Origin: Verrucomicrobiota bacterium
GTDB taxonomy: Bacteria > Verrucomicrobiota > Verrucomicrobiia > Limisphaerales > JANNEF01
Reading direction: 5' to 3'
Assembly (NCBI GenBank): GCA_031378375.1
Contig: JANNEF010000121.1
Coordinates: 2,650-66,649, forward strand
Length of the DNA: 64,000 nucleotides
The notes under the pieces are model-generated. The model saw only the letters and a list, made by a program, of their open reading frames with translations. It searched no databases and was not told the origin of the DNA. The position numbers and the translations under genes were made by a program. Positions 20,013-29,667 of the stretch are shown here, in pieces. Position 1 is the first letter of the stretch. Every line of letters starts with the position of its first letter.

Positions 20013-23000
20013 TTCCGGCGCGCTCGACGAACTCCAGGCGCGGTCGAACCTGACGCGCAACCAGCTTCTGATCTGGGTGGGGCAGAAACTTCATCCGGAG
20101 CTGCCGATCTACAACACGCCGCGGGCGATCTGGTACGCCACCGCGATTGATCCGGCCCACTTCCAGCGCGCCTTCACGCAGTTGGTGGCCGCATGCGACG
20201 CCTTCCGAATCGTGTTCGACGAAGTGGAAGGCGTGCCGCAGCAACGCGTGCTGTCCGAGATGCCCGCGCCGGTCGAGTATCTGGACTTCTCCGGGCGACG
20301 CGATCCAGACGCGGCCTATCGCGCCTGGGCGGTGGAAAGATGCCAGGTGCCGTTTGATCTAGGCCGGTGCCTGTTCGACTGCGTCCTTATCAAACTACAG
20401 GAGCGACGATTCGTCTGGTACTTCAAGCAGCACCATCTGGTCACCGATGGGACGTCGTTCGAAGCGACCCATCGGTGGCTGGACGTGTTTTATCTGCAAT
20501 CCCTGGAGGGCAAACCGCCGGTGAAGCTGGCGCTGCCCTCCTTCATGGACTACGTCGCCGCGGAGCGCGCCTATCGCGAGTCACCGCAGTTCCCACAGGA
20601 CCAGGCGTATTGGGACTCCAAGCTCGCGGATGAGCTTGAGCCATTCATGTTTTACGGCCGGCCGACGGGAGGAACCACCGGCGTGGTGCGAGTCTCGCGG
20701 ACATTGGGCGCGGAACGCACCGCGCGGATGAAGGCTCTCGCCGCGCAACCGCCCTTCGCGGCCAAGACCGGGCACGCGGGCCTCTGCAACATTTTCGCCA
20801 CGTTGTTGGTTGCCTACCTGCACCGGCTGAGCGGTTACCGGCTGATCGGCATCGCGATGCCATATCACAACCGCCGTGCCGCCGAGTTCAAGGAAACCAT
20901 CGGCCTGCTCATGGAGATGCTGCCACTGCGCCTTGCCATCGGCGAAACGGAATCCTTCGCGTCACTGGTGGAAAAGGTCTCCGCCGAGGTGAAGGCCGCG
21001 ATTGCCCATGGTCGTTACGCGCCTGGCAATTCGCTCCACCGGCACAGCTATGATGTCGTCTTCAACTACCAGCCCATCTGCCTGCCGGATTTTCTGGGCA
21101 CGCCGGTGACGACCGAATTGTACCACCCCGGCCACGGCTTCATCAGTTTTGCCGTGCAACTGCACGACCTGGGGCGGACGGGCAGCCTCACGGTGGACTT
21201 CGACTTTCATGAACGCGCGTTCGACGCCGCGCAGCGCGAACGCGCCATCTCACATTTCTTCTCCCTGTTGGAAGCGCTCCTCGATGACCCGTCGCAATCC
21301 CTTCACCACGCGCCACTGCTCGCGCCGGAAGAAGCGCGGGCGCTGGCCGCCTTCCATCAAACCGCCATCACCGCCTTCCCCGACGATGCGACCATCCACC
21401 AGCTTTTTGAAAAACAAGCCCGGGCGACCCCGGAGCAGACCGCCGTGGTGCAGGAGAACCAGTCGCTCACCTATGGCGAATTGAACGCGCACGCCAACGC
21501 CCTGGCCCACCGGCTGCGCGGCCTGGGCGTCGGGCCGGAAACGCTCGTCGGCGTGTTCGCCGAGCGCTCGCCCGAAATGATCGTGGCCGTGCTCGGCGTC
21601 CTCAAAGCAGGCGGCGCCTACGTGCCGCTCGACCCTGCGTATCCGCGCGAGCGCCTGGCCTTCATGCTGGCTGATGCCAACATCCCCGTGCTGCTGGCGC
21701 AGGAGCGCTACCGCGACCAACTCCCGCCCACCTCGGCGCGCATCGTGTGGCTGGACACGGCGGACACTGGCGACCCGCCGGCGACCCGCGAGAACCCGCC
21801 GGCCAAGGCCACGCCCGAAAACCTCGCCTACGTCATCTACACTTCCGGCTCCACCGGCACGCCCAAGGGAGTGGCGGTGCCGCATCACGCGCTCGTCAAC
21901 TTCACGACGGCGGCGGCGGCCAGCTATGAAATTCATTCCAATGACCGGGTGCTTCAGTTCGCCTCCCTGAGTTTTGATGCCGCGGCCGAGGAAATCTTTC
22001 CGTGTCTCACGCGCGGGGGCACGCTGGTGTTGCGCAATGACGTGATGCTCGCCTCCCTGCCGCTCTTCCTGGAGCGATGCGCCGCATGGGGCGTCACGGT
22101 GCTCGACCTCCCGACCGCCTTCTGGCATGAGCTGACTGCGCGGCTCGCAGAGGACCAATTGCGCCTGCCCGCCTCGTTGCGCCTGGTGATCATTGGCGGC
22201 GAAGCGGCGCTACCCGAACGAGTCGCCCAATGGCGGCAACACGTCCGCCCCACCGTGCGGCTCCTCAACACCTACGGCCCCACCGAAGCCACCGTGGTGA
22301 CGACTGTCGCCGACCTCACTGCGCCCGCCGGCGTGGCCACCGGCCCCGCCGACGCCCCCATCGGCCGGCCCATCGCCAACACGCAAGTCTGCGTGCTCGA
22401 TGCGCACCGGCAGCAGGTGCCCCTCGGCGTCATCGGCGAATTGCACATCGGCGGCGCCGGGCTGGCGCGCGGTTACTTGAACCGGCCGGAGCTGACCGCT
22501 GAAAATTTCATCGCCCATCCCTTCACGCGGAACCCCGCCGCCCGCCTTTACAAGACCGGCGACCTCGCCCGCTGGCGTCCCGATGGCCAGCTCGAATACT
22601 GCGGACGCATGGATCGGCAGGTGAAGGTGCGCGGCTTTCGCGTCGAACTCGGCGAGGTGGAAGCCGCCTTGAGCCGCCATGCCGCCGTGCGCGAGGTGGC
22701 CGCTGCGGCCCGCGAGGACACGCCCGGCGACAAGCGCGTGGTCGCCTATCTCGTCCTCCATCGCTCCCCTGCCCCGCCGCTCAACGAGCTGCGCGATTTC
22801 CTCAAGCAATGCCTGCCCGATCACGCCATTCCGTCCGCCTTCGTCTTCCTGGACGCGCTGCCGCGCACGCCCGCCGGCAAACTCGATGCCCGCGCCCTGC
22901 CCGCGCCGGGCCTGGCTGGCCAAGCAGAGGAAACGTTTGTGTCCCCGCGCGGCGCGCTGGAATGCCAGCTCGCGGCCATCTGGGAAAAAGTTTTGGGCCG

Positions 23001-24093
23001 CACCGGCCTCGGAGCGCGCGACAATTTCTTTGAACTGGGCGGCCACTCGCTGCTGGCGGTGCGCGTCTTCGCGGAACTGGATCGCGCGTTCGGCCGACGC
23101 CTTTCCCTGGCCACGCTGTTCCAGGCGCCGACGATTGCGCAACTGGCCGCGCTGTTGGAAACCAACGTCGAGACCGCCGCCAAATCCTGCCTCGTCGCCA
23201 TTCAGCCGCGCGGTACGCGCCCGCCCTTCTTCTGCGTCCACGGCGTCGGCGGCAACGTGCTCAACTTCCACGATCTCGCCCGGCATCTGGCTCCGGACCA
23301 GCCCGTCTATGGTTTGCAATCCGTCGGGCTGGACGGCCGCGAGGTGCCGCTCACCAGCTTCGAGGCGATGGCCGCGCGCTATCTCCGCGAGTTGCGCGCG
23401 CACCAACCGCAGGGGCCGTATTATCTGGGCGGCATGTCTTTCGGCGGATTGATTGCCTACGAGATGGCCTGCCAGTTGGCCGCGCAGGGCCAGCCGGTCG
23501 GTCTGCTCGCGTTGTTCGACACCAGCAGTCGCGGGTGCCTGGAGATGGAGCCCGCCGCTGAACAGCGCCGCGTCCGGTTCGAGAGTTACTGGGATCGCTT
23601 TCAGTTCAATGCCCGGCAACTGCTGCTCGGTCCGCGCCGGGGAGAATACTTGCGAAGAAAATTCCAGACCTTGAAACGCCAGTTCACCAGCCGCGTCTGG
23701 CGGATGAATTACCGCCGGCAAATGCGCGGCGGCGGGGCGGTGCCGCCAGTCTTGCACAGCGTGAAGGAACTCAATTTCCTGGCCGCGCAGAATTATCGCC
23801 CCGCCGCCTATGCCGGTCGCGTAGCGCTCTTTCGCGCCGCGCAGAGCGCCGTGGGCAGCCGTCACCGCGAGCCAACGCTCGGCTGGCATCGGCTGGCGGG
23901 CGGCGGGGTGGCCGTCTTCGAGATGCCCGGCGATCACACCACGATGATTCTCGATCCCCACGCCGCCTTCGTGGCCGAGCAATTGCGCGCCTGCCTGGAC
24001 CCGGCCTCGCGCGCCCGCCCCGACGCGGCCCTGTTCACACTGGTTCCGTCCGCCGACGGCGATGCGCGTCGTCAGGAAGCCGTGGGTCAATGA
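19996..24093 (+). CDS. single-module nonribosomal peptide synthetase, C-A-T-TE
   Basis: C domain HHLVTDGTSF (~20431). A domain LTYGELN.., YTSGSTGTPKG (~21838), NTYGPTEATV, YKTGDLARW, VKVRGFRVELGEVE. Carrier FFELGGHSLLA (Ser codon 23047-23049). Thioesterase FFCVHGVGGN and GMSFGG (Ser 23437-23439). Start at ATGATG 19996 (MMTKVDSG). Confidence 0.9.
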   Translation: MMTKVDSGALDELQARSNLTRNQLLIWVGQKLHPELPIYNTPRAIWYATAIDPAHFQRAFTQLVAACDAFRIVFDEVEGVPQQRVLSEMPAPVEYLDFSGRRDPDAAYRAWAVERCQVPFDLGRCLFDCVLIKLQERRFVWYFKQHHLVTDGTSFEATHRWLDVFYLQSLEGKPPVKLALPSFMDYVAAERAYRESPQFPQDQAYWDSKLADELEPFMFYGRPTGGTTGVVRVSRTLGAERTARMKALAAQPPFAAKTGHAGLCNIFATLLVAYLHRLSGYRLIGIAMPYHNRRAAEFKETIGLLMEMLPLRLAIGETESFASLVEKVSAEVKAAIAHGRYAPGNSLHRHSYDVVFNYQPICLPDFLGTPVTTELYHPGHGFISFAVQLHDLGRTGSLTVDFDFHERAFDAAQRERAISHFFSLLEALLDDPSQSLHHAPLLAPEEARALAAFHQTAITAFPDDATIHQLFEKQARATPEQTAVVQENQSLTYGELNAHANALAHRLRGLGVGPETLVGVFAERSPEMIVAVLGVLKAGGAYVPLDPAYPRERLAFMLADANIPVLLAQERYRDQLPPTSARIVWLDTADTGDPPATRENPPAKATPENLAYVIYTSGSTGTPKGVAVPHHALVNFTTAAAASYEIHSNDRVLQFASLSFDAAAEEIFPCLTRGGTLVLRNDVMLASLPLFLERCAAWGVTVLDLPTAFWHELTARLAEDQLRLPASLRLVIIGGEAALPERVAQWRQHVRPTVRLLNTYGPTEATVVTTVADLTAPAGVATGPADAPIGRPIANTQVCVLDAHRQQVPLGVIGELHIGGAGLARGYLNRPELTAENFIAHPFTRNPAARLYKTGDLARWRPDGQLEYCGRMDRQVKVRGFRVELGEVEAALSRHAAVREVAAAAREDTPGDKRVVAYLVLHRSPAPPLNELRDFLKQCLPDHAIPSAFVFLDALPRTPAGKLDARALPAPGLAGQAEETFVSPRGALECQLAAIWEKVLGRTGLGARDNFFELGGHSLLAVRVFAELDRAFGRRLSLATLFQAPTIAQLAALLETNVETAAKSCLVAIQPRGTRPPFFCVHGVGGNVLNFHDLARHLAPDQPVYGLQSVGLDGREVPLTSFEAMAARYLRELRAHQPQGPYYLGGMSFGGLIAYEMACQLAAQGQPVGLLALFDTSSRGCLEMEPAAEQRRVRFESYWDRFQFNARQLLLGPRRGEYLRRKFQTLKRQFTSRVWRMNYRRQMRGGGAVPPVLHSVKELNFLAAQNYRPAAYAGRVALFRAAQSAVGSRHREPTLGWHRLAGGGVAVFEMPGDHTTMILDPHAAFVAEQLRACLDPASRARPDAALFTLVPSADGDARRQEAVGQ

Positions 24094-24120
24094 CGACGGG
24101 TGGCGGATGAGCGCACTAAT

Positions 24121-24292
24121 CCCGAATTCCGAAGTAGCCCGCGAGCGGGCCTGATCCGAGGCGCGCGGCGCACGGCCTTCAGGCCGCCTCGGCGTGCGAC
24201 AGAAAAAGTGCCAGCGCTCACCCGCAGACTTGCGTCCGTTGAAGCGGCCTGAAGGCCGAGCGCCACGGTCGGCGTTTCGCCAGCTTCGGAGC
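24121..24292. repeat. 172-bp MITE-like element, copy B (inverted relative to copy A)
   Basis: Reverse complement aligns end to end with 15072-15243. Sits between the convergent NRPS and ABC-2 permease stops. Confidence 0.8.
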
Positions 24293-24429
24293 TTCGGGCT
24301 CAATCGAGAAGCTTTGCTGTGTTCCGTTCGGACTGGCTTTGCGTTCTTTGCGGTTATTCAACGGCGGTTCATCCGTGAATTCCGTAGTTTCTTTCCCAGT
24401 GGCGGTGCTGGAACGCGGGCGGCCCTGCC

Positions 24430-25269
24430 TCACGACTTGATGTCGCGCAGGTGAAACGCCGTGCAGCCGACCACGAGGAACGTCACGTTGAAACCCACCA
24501 GCACGCTCAACGATTCCCCCACGCGCCACCACGGCACGGGTTGCGCGAACATGAGCTGCCAGAGGTTCAGGTGATAGGTGAAGAACCAGTGCTGGAACTC
24601 TTTGAACCAGGGGATGTGTTGCAGGATGATGTTCACGAACATCAGCGACAGCGCCAGGATCGTCGCCGCCGCCGGCTTCATGTTGAAACACGAGAACATG
24701 AACGCCAGCCCCATGATGGACACCGCCTCCGAGATGAGCATGACGTGCGCGATCACGTAGCGCCCCAGCCCCTCGCCGCCGCTGAACACGCCGAAGATGC
24801 CCTGCTCCGGCATGAACACGAACAGCCCGCCCCACGGAAAACACAGCCGCGCGAACAGCAGCCCGAACACCGCCAGCGACAACACCAGCACGACCGAAAA
24901 GATCGCGCCCGCCAGCCACTTCAACAGCAGCAGCCGCACGCGCGAGATGGGCCGCGCCAGGATCATCCGCAGCGTGCCGTCCTCCGCCTCCTTCGCCACG
25001 AGGTCGCCGCCCACCAGCGAGACGTAGAGCGGCAGGAGGAACACCGCCAGCGGGATCAGCATGATGGTCGCGATGGTCAGCACCGACAGATACGGCTCCA
25101 GCGCGTAACCGTTGCCCTCCAGCAGCCGCGCCATCGGCTGTGACGCGCGGGTGAATTTGAAAATCAGGCTCACGACGTTCTGCGTGAGCAGGAACATCCC
25201 GAAGCCGATGTAAGTCCGCTTCTTGCCAAACAGCTTCCACAGCTCGTTGCGCAGTTGGTGGTAAAACAT
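24430..25269 (-). CDS. ABC-2 type transporter permease
   Basis: 279 aa with about 6 hydrophobic segments and an N-terminal MFYHQLRNELWKLFGKKRTYIG typical of ABC-2 exporter permeases. Immediately downstream of the ATPase gene. Confidence 0.65.
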   Translation of the reverse strand: MFYHQLRNELWKLFGKKRTYIGFGMFLLTQNVVSLIFKFTRASQPMARLLEGNGYALEPYLSVLTIATIMLIPLAVFLLPLYVSLVGGDLVAKEAEDGTLRMILARPISRVRLLLLKWLAGAIFSVVLVLSLAVFGLLFARLCFPWGGLFVFMPEQGIFGVFSGGEGLGRYVIAHVMLISEAVSIMGLAFMFSCFNMKPAAATILALSLMFVNIILQHIPWFKEFQHWFFTYHLNLWQLMFAQPVPWWRVGESLSVLVGFNVTFLVVGCTAFHLRDIKS

Positions 25270-25291
25270 TTTCAGTGCGCCGTCCCGCGCC

Positions 25292-26185
25292 TTACCCGCC
25301 GCCCTTCATCAGGTTCAGATAAAACTGTTCCAGCGTCTCCTCCTCGGGCGCGATTTCATGCACGGGCAGGCCCAGGCCCGTCAAGTGACGCACCACGTCC
25401 GCCGTGCCCGCGCCGGCGGCCAGCGCGATCAGCCGCCCGTCCCGCTCGTCCGCGATCAGATTCGCCGCGCGCAATTCCTTCGCCGCCTGCGCGAAATCCC
25501 CCGTGCGCAGGCGCACCCACTGCCGCCCGGCCCTGACCTCGGCCAGCGCGCCGTCGAAAACCTTCCGCCCCTGGTTCAACACCACGATGCGCGTGCAGAG
25601 CTGCTCCACCTCGTTCAGCAAGTGCGACGACAACAGGATCGTCAGCCCCAGCTCGCGGTGCAGCCGCAGGATCGTGTGGCGCATCTCGTGGATGCCCTCG
25701 GGGTCCAGTCCGTCGCTCGGCTCGTCGAGGATGAGCAACCGCGGCTCCGGCAAGAGCGCCTGCGCCAGCGCCAGCCGCGCGCGCATCCCGTGCGAGTAAG
25801 TCTTCACCTTCGACCGCTCGCGGCCGGTCAACCCCACCCAGTCAATCACCTCGCGCAGACGCGCGGGCGGCGTGACGGCGGAGTAATGGCTCAACACCTC
25901 CAGATTCCGCCAGCCGCTCAGGTAATCGTAGAACACCGGCGACTCGAAGATCGCGCCGACATGCTTCAACGCCCGCCGCCGCTGCGTCATCACCTCCCAG
26001 CCGAACAGCCGCACCTCCCCGCCCGTGGGCCACACCTGGCCGAGCATCATGCCGATGGCGGTGCTTTTGCCCGCGCCGTTGTGGCCGAGCAGACCGCAAA
26101 TCTCCCCGGCGGGCACGCGCAAGGTCAGATCCTCGACGGCCACCCGCGCCCCAAACATTTTCCGCACGTTGCGCAATTCAATCAC
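25292..26185 (-). CDS. ABC transporter ATP-binding protein
   Basis: Walker A GHNGAGKST, signature YSHGMRARLALAQAL, Walker B LLILDEPSDGLD. GTG start at 26185 (VIELRNVRKMFG). The track extension to 26470 runs over REP hairpins. Confidence 0.85.
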   Translation of the reverse strand: MIELRNVRKMFGARVAVEDLTLRVPAGEICGLLGHNGAGKSTAIGMMLGQVWPTGGEVRLFGWEVMTQRRRALKHVGAIFESPVFYDYLSGWRNLEVLSHYSAVTPPARLREVIDWVGLTGRERSKVKTYSHGMRARLALAQALLPEPRLLILDEPSDGLDPEGIHEMRHTILRLHRELGLTILLSSHLLNEVEQLCTRIVVLNQGRKVFDGALAEVRAGRQWVRLRTGDFAQAAKELRAANLIADERDGRLIALAAGAGTADVVRHLTGLGLPVHEIAPEEETLEQFYLNLMKGGG

Positions 26186-26500
26186 GAGACGCCGTGAGCG
26201 TCGCAAAACCCGCGCCGCGAACAAAGATTTTTCCCCTGTCGCTGCCAGCAGGCATAAATGAATTCTGCGGTAGGGTCGGCGCGCCGCGCCGACCGCGCCG
26301 CGTCCAGCGGCGCAACATGTCGCATCAGAGCGGTCATCCGTACGAGTTCGTTCCGCCCGCTGAACGCGGGCGGGGACATCGCGGCGCGATGTCCCTACCT
26401 CGCACAACCATTCTCGTGCGTTTTGATGCCTTCTTTCCCGCCACCCTCGCCCGGACAATAGGCTATTCACCGCGCGCCCACCTTGTTAGCGTCGCCGCCG

Positions 26501-27166
26501 ATGGACCAAAAGATTTTGTTCGACGGCCTGGCCAGCTACCTGTGCGTGGTGGTCATCATCACCCTGCACGAGTTCGGCCACGCCTGGATGGCGTGGAAAT
26601 GTGGCGACGACACCGCGCACTCGGAAGGCCGCGTCACCCTCAACCCCATCGCGCACATGGACATGATTGGCACCGTCATCCTGCCGTTGATCGTCGTGTT
26701 TCTTTCGGCGTCGGGGTCGGGGCTGGGACGGTTCATCATCGGCTGGGGCAAGCCGGTGCCGGTGAACCTCAGCCGGCTGCGCCACCCGCGCCGCGACGAC
26801 ATCCTGGTGTCCATGGCCGGCCCCGCGATGAACGTGGTGCTCGCGGTGGCGGTGATGATCATCGGGCGCATGGCCGAGCTGGCCAACTGGGGCGTGGTGC
26901 AGGACGCGGCGGTGCAACTGGCGTTCATCAGCATGTTCCTCTGCTTCTTCAACCTGCTGCCCGTGCCGCCGCTGGACGGCTCGCACGTCGTGAAGAATCT
27001 GATTCGCATGAGCCACGAGACCTACGCGCGCATCAGCCAGTATGGCTTCTTCATCGTCATCGTGCTGGTGCAGATACCGGCGGTGCAAACCCTCCTGGGC
27101 GTGTGCACCATTGGCTCGATGACCTTCATGGCCTGGGCGCTGCGATTTGGAACGGGGTTGCAGTAG
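26501..27166 (+). CDS. site-2 protease family (M50-like) membrane metalloprotease
   Basis: HExxH (LHEFGHAWMAW), GRVTLNPIAHMD and NLLPVPPLDGSHV motifs. Multiple TM segments. Confidence 0.75.
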   Translation: MDQKILFDGLASYLCVVVIITLHEFGHAWMAWKCGDDTAHSEGRVTLNPIAHMDMIGTVILPLIVVFLSASGSGLGRFIIGWGKPVPVNLSRLRHPRRDDILVSMAGPAMNVVLAVAVMIIGRMAELANWGVVQDAAVQLAFISMFLCFFNLLPVPPLDGSHVVKNLIRMSHETYARISQYGFFIVIVLVQIPAVQTLLGVCTIGSMTFMAWALRFGTGLQ

Positions 27167-27289
27167 AAGCGGGGAAGTTGAATGTTCAAGCAATGCTCCA
27201 AGACGGGAGCCGCTTCCCATTCGTGTCAATTCGTGTCTCCCCAATCCGCGTCCATCTGCGTGATGCGCGGGTGAAGTTCCCGGCGGAGT

Positions 27290-28630
27290 TCAGGGCGCGG
27301 CGGCGGGTGTCTCGCTTTTGACGACTCGCTTCAACTTGAGCCGCGCCACGCGCCGGTCGTCCATCTCCTCCACGCGCAGCTCGCACGCGCCGAGGGTCAG
27401 CACGTCGCCCTCCTTCGGGAAGCCGCCCAGCCGGTGCGTCACCCAGCCGCTGGTGGTGGTGATGCCTTCCTCGGCCAGCGGTTCGCCGGCCAGTTCCGCC
27501 AGTTCATGCACCGGCAGCGCGCCGAGCAGTTCCCACGTCTGGTCGTCCAGCCGCACGGCCAGCGGCTTCTCCTGGTCGAACTCGTCCTGTATCTGCCCGA
27601 CGAGTTCTTCGAGAATGTTTTCCAGCGTCACCATCCCCACGGTGCCGCCGAATTCGTCCACGACGATGGCGAAGTGGAGTTTTCGTTCGAGGAAGAACTG
27701 GAGCAGCTTCTCCAGCCGCGCCGTCTGCGGCACGTAGATGATCTTGCGCGCGACGGGGATGAAATCGGCCCCGCTGTGGGCCTTGAAGCGAAGGGCGATC
27801 ATGTCCTTCAGGTGAACCACGCCGAGAGTCTTGTCGAGGTCGCCGCCGTCGCACAGGGGGAAGCGGGAGAAGCGCGTCTTCTCCGCCACGTCGAGGCATT
27901 CGGCGAAGCTGGCAACGGTATTGAGCGCGGTGATCTCCTGGCGCGGGCGCATCACGTCGCGCGCGGTGCGGTGCCGCAGGTCGAGGGCGTTGAGGACGAT
28001 GTCGCGGCCCAGGGTGGTGCCGCCGGTGGGCTTGGCCCGCGTGGCAAAGAGCAGGCGCAGTTCCTCCTCCGAATGAATGGCCTCGCCTTCGCCCGCCGGT
28101 TCGATGCCGAGCCGGCGCAACATCCACAGGGACGATTGGTTCAGCACCCAGATGAACGGAGAGGTGAGTTTGCAAAAGATGACCAGCGGCACCACCACCC
28201 ACAGCGAGGTGGGCAGGGGCTTTTGGATCGCCAGCCACTTGGGCGCCTGTTCGCCCGCCGTGATGTGCAGGAACGTCAGCGCGGTGAACCCGATGATGAC
28301 CGCGATGGTGTGCCGCGCGGTCTCGGACTGGATGTGGAGCAGGTCAAGCAACGGCTGCAAGAGCACTGAGAACACGGGTTCGCCGACCCAGCCCAGCGCG
28401 AGGCTGGCGAGGGTGATGCCGAGTTGCGCGGCGCTCAGGTAGCGGTCGAGGCTGCCGATGACCTGCCGCGTTAGCCGGGCGCGACGATGCCCGCGCGCGA
28501 CGAGGGGGTTGAGCTGGGTGTCGCGGATTTTGACGAGCGCGAATTCGGCGGCGACAAAGAAGCCGTTCAGCAGCACCAGCGCCGCGACGACGAGAATTTT
28601 CAGGAGGATGACGGTGAAGTCGGATTCCAT
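27290..28630 (-). CDS. CNNM/DUF21-CBS-CorC_HlyC family transporter (hemolysin C/CorC-like)
   Basis: N-terminal DUF21 TM domain (FFVAAEFALVK), CBS pair, and a C-terminal CorC_HlyC-like domain (..TTSGWVTHRLGGFPKEGD..). Confidence 0.8.
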   Translation of the reverse strand: MESDFTVILLKILVVAALVLLNGFFVAAEFALVKIRDTQLNPLVARGHRRARLTRQVIGSLDRYLSAAQLGITLASLALGWVGEPVFSVLLQPLLDLLHIQSETARHTIAVIIGFTALTFLHITAGEQAPKWLAIQKPLPTSLWVVVPLVIFCKLTSPFIWVLNQSSLWMLRRLGIEPAGEGEAIHSEEELRLLFATRAKPTGGTTLGRDIVLNALDLRHRTARDVMRPRQEITALNTVASFAECLDVAEKTRFSRFPLCDGGDLDKTLGVVHLKDMIALRFKAHSGADFIPVARKIIYVPQTARLEKLLQFFLERKLHFAIVVDEFGGTVGMVTLENILEELVGQIQDEFDQEKPLAVRLDDQTWELLGALPVHELAELAGEPLAEEGITTTSGWVTHRLGGFPKEGDVLTLGACELRVEEMDDRRVARLKLKRVVKSETPAAAP

Positions 28631-28631
28631 G

Positions 28632-29615
28632 CTACAAACTCAGTTCGCCGAAAATCACCTTGAGCACGTCCTGCAAACTCACGGTGCCCCACTCCGCACG
28701 ATCCGGCCCCAGCACAATCGCCAGGCGCTGCCCGGTGCGCTGCATCTGGCGCAGCGCGACTTCCAGGCGCGTCTCGTGATCCAGATAGAGCGCCGGCTGC
28801 AAATAATCGCCGGCGGCCTTGGTCACGTCCAGGTCCGCGCGGTAGAGCAACGAACGCAAGCTGACCAGTCCCACGATGCGACGCCGCGCGCCCTCCTGCT
28901 TCCAGACCGGCAGGCGGCTGACCTGGCGATCCCGGCACAAGGCGAGCAGTTCGCTGACGGGAGTGTGCGCCGACACCGTCACCGCCTGGGCCAGTGGAGT
29001 GGCGATCTGGCGCACGGTGAGGTTCTGCAAGTCCAGCACGCGGTTGATCATCGTGCGTTCCTCGCTGGTGAAGCCCTGCGCGGATTCCTGCATCACCAGG
29101 CGCAACTCCTCGCGGTTGCCGAAGAGATGGCCGGTGAAGGTTTTGCCGCCGGACCAGCGCAACAGATTTTTCGCGAACCACGCCATGACGGCCACGAGCG
29201 GTTTCAACGCGAGATGCACCGCGCCAAACGGCAACGCCATCAGCAGGCACAGCCGGTTCGGATAAAGGCGGAAGAGCATCTTCGGCAGAAACTCGCACAG
29301 CGCATAGAACAACGCCCCGCCCACCAGCACCGCCGCCACCACCGCCGCCGGCCAGTGACGCAACCAGTGATGCACTCCCACCAGACCGAGGCTGACGATG
29401 GCGACATTGGCCAGCGTGTTGCCGACGAGAATGGTCCAGAGAAAATCCTCCGGATGCTCCAGGTAGGCGTGCAGCGCCTTGGCGCGCGGATTGCCGGCCC
29501 GCATCTGCTGGCGCACGCGCAGCCGGCTCAACGCGAACACGCCGGCCTCCATGCCGGACATCAGGAAGGAGATGCCGAGGCAAAGGCTGAAGAGGAGGAG
29601 GAGCAATCCTTGCAT
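28632..29615 (-). CDS. CNNM/DUF21-CBS domain protein (lacks the C-terminal CorC_HlyC domain)
   Basis: Start at MQGLLLLLFSL (29615). DUF21 TM region plus CBS pair; ends right after the CBS pair. Confidence 0.75.
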   Translation of the reverse strand: MQGLLLLLFSLCLGISFLMSGMEAGVFALSRLRVRQQMRAGNPRAKALHAYLEHPEDFLWTILVGNTLANVAIVSLGLVGVHHWLRHWPAAVVAAVLVGGALFYALCEFLPKMLFRLYPNRLCLLMALPFGAVHLALKPLVAVMAWFAKNLLRWSGGKTFTGHLFGNREELRLVMQESAQGFTSEERTMINRVLDLQNLTVRQIATPLAQAVTVSAHTPVSELLALCRDRQVSRLPVWKQEGARRRIVGLVSLRSLLYRADLDVTKAAGDYLQPALYLDHETRLEVALRQMQRTGQRLAIVLGPDRAEWGTVSLQDVLKVIFGELSL

Positions 29616-29667
29616 GGCTACAAATAGGCAGCGGGGAAGGCTTGGAGCTTTTTCAAGAGTTCGCGGA

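Noticed and set aside
15072-24292. Composite transposon delimited by the two inverted 172-bp elements
   Set aside because: The interior holds housekeeping genes (ribH, ribBA, purM) and no transposase, and the elements look like small non-autonomous palindromic repeats. I kept only the possibility of inversion, as a finding.
22210-24303. 697-aa minus-strand ORF opposite the NRPS 3' half
   Set aside because: It is a shadow ORF. The plus strand carries unmistakable A, T and TE motifs, and the N-terminus of this ORF lies inside the MITE-like repeat.
26186-26480. N-terminal 95-aa extension of the ABC ATPase ORF
   Set aside because: The region consists of REP-type hairpins (ggtcggcgcgccgcgccgacc and gggacatcgcggcgcgatgtccc). 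ABC homology starts at the GTG at 26185.
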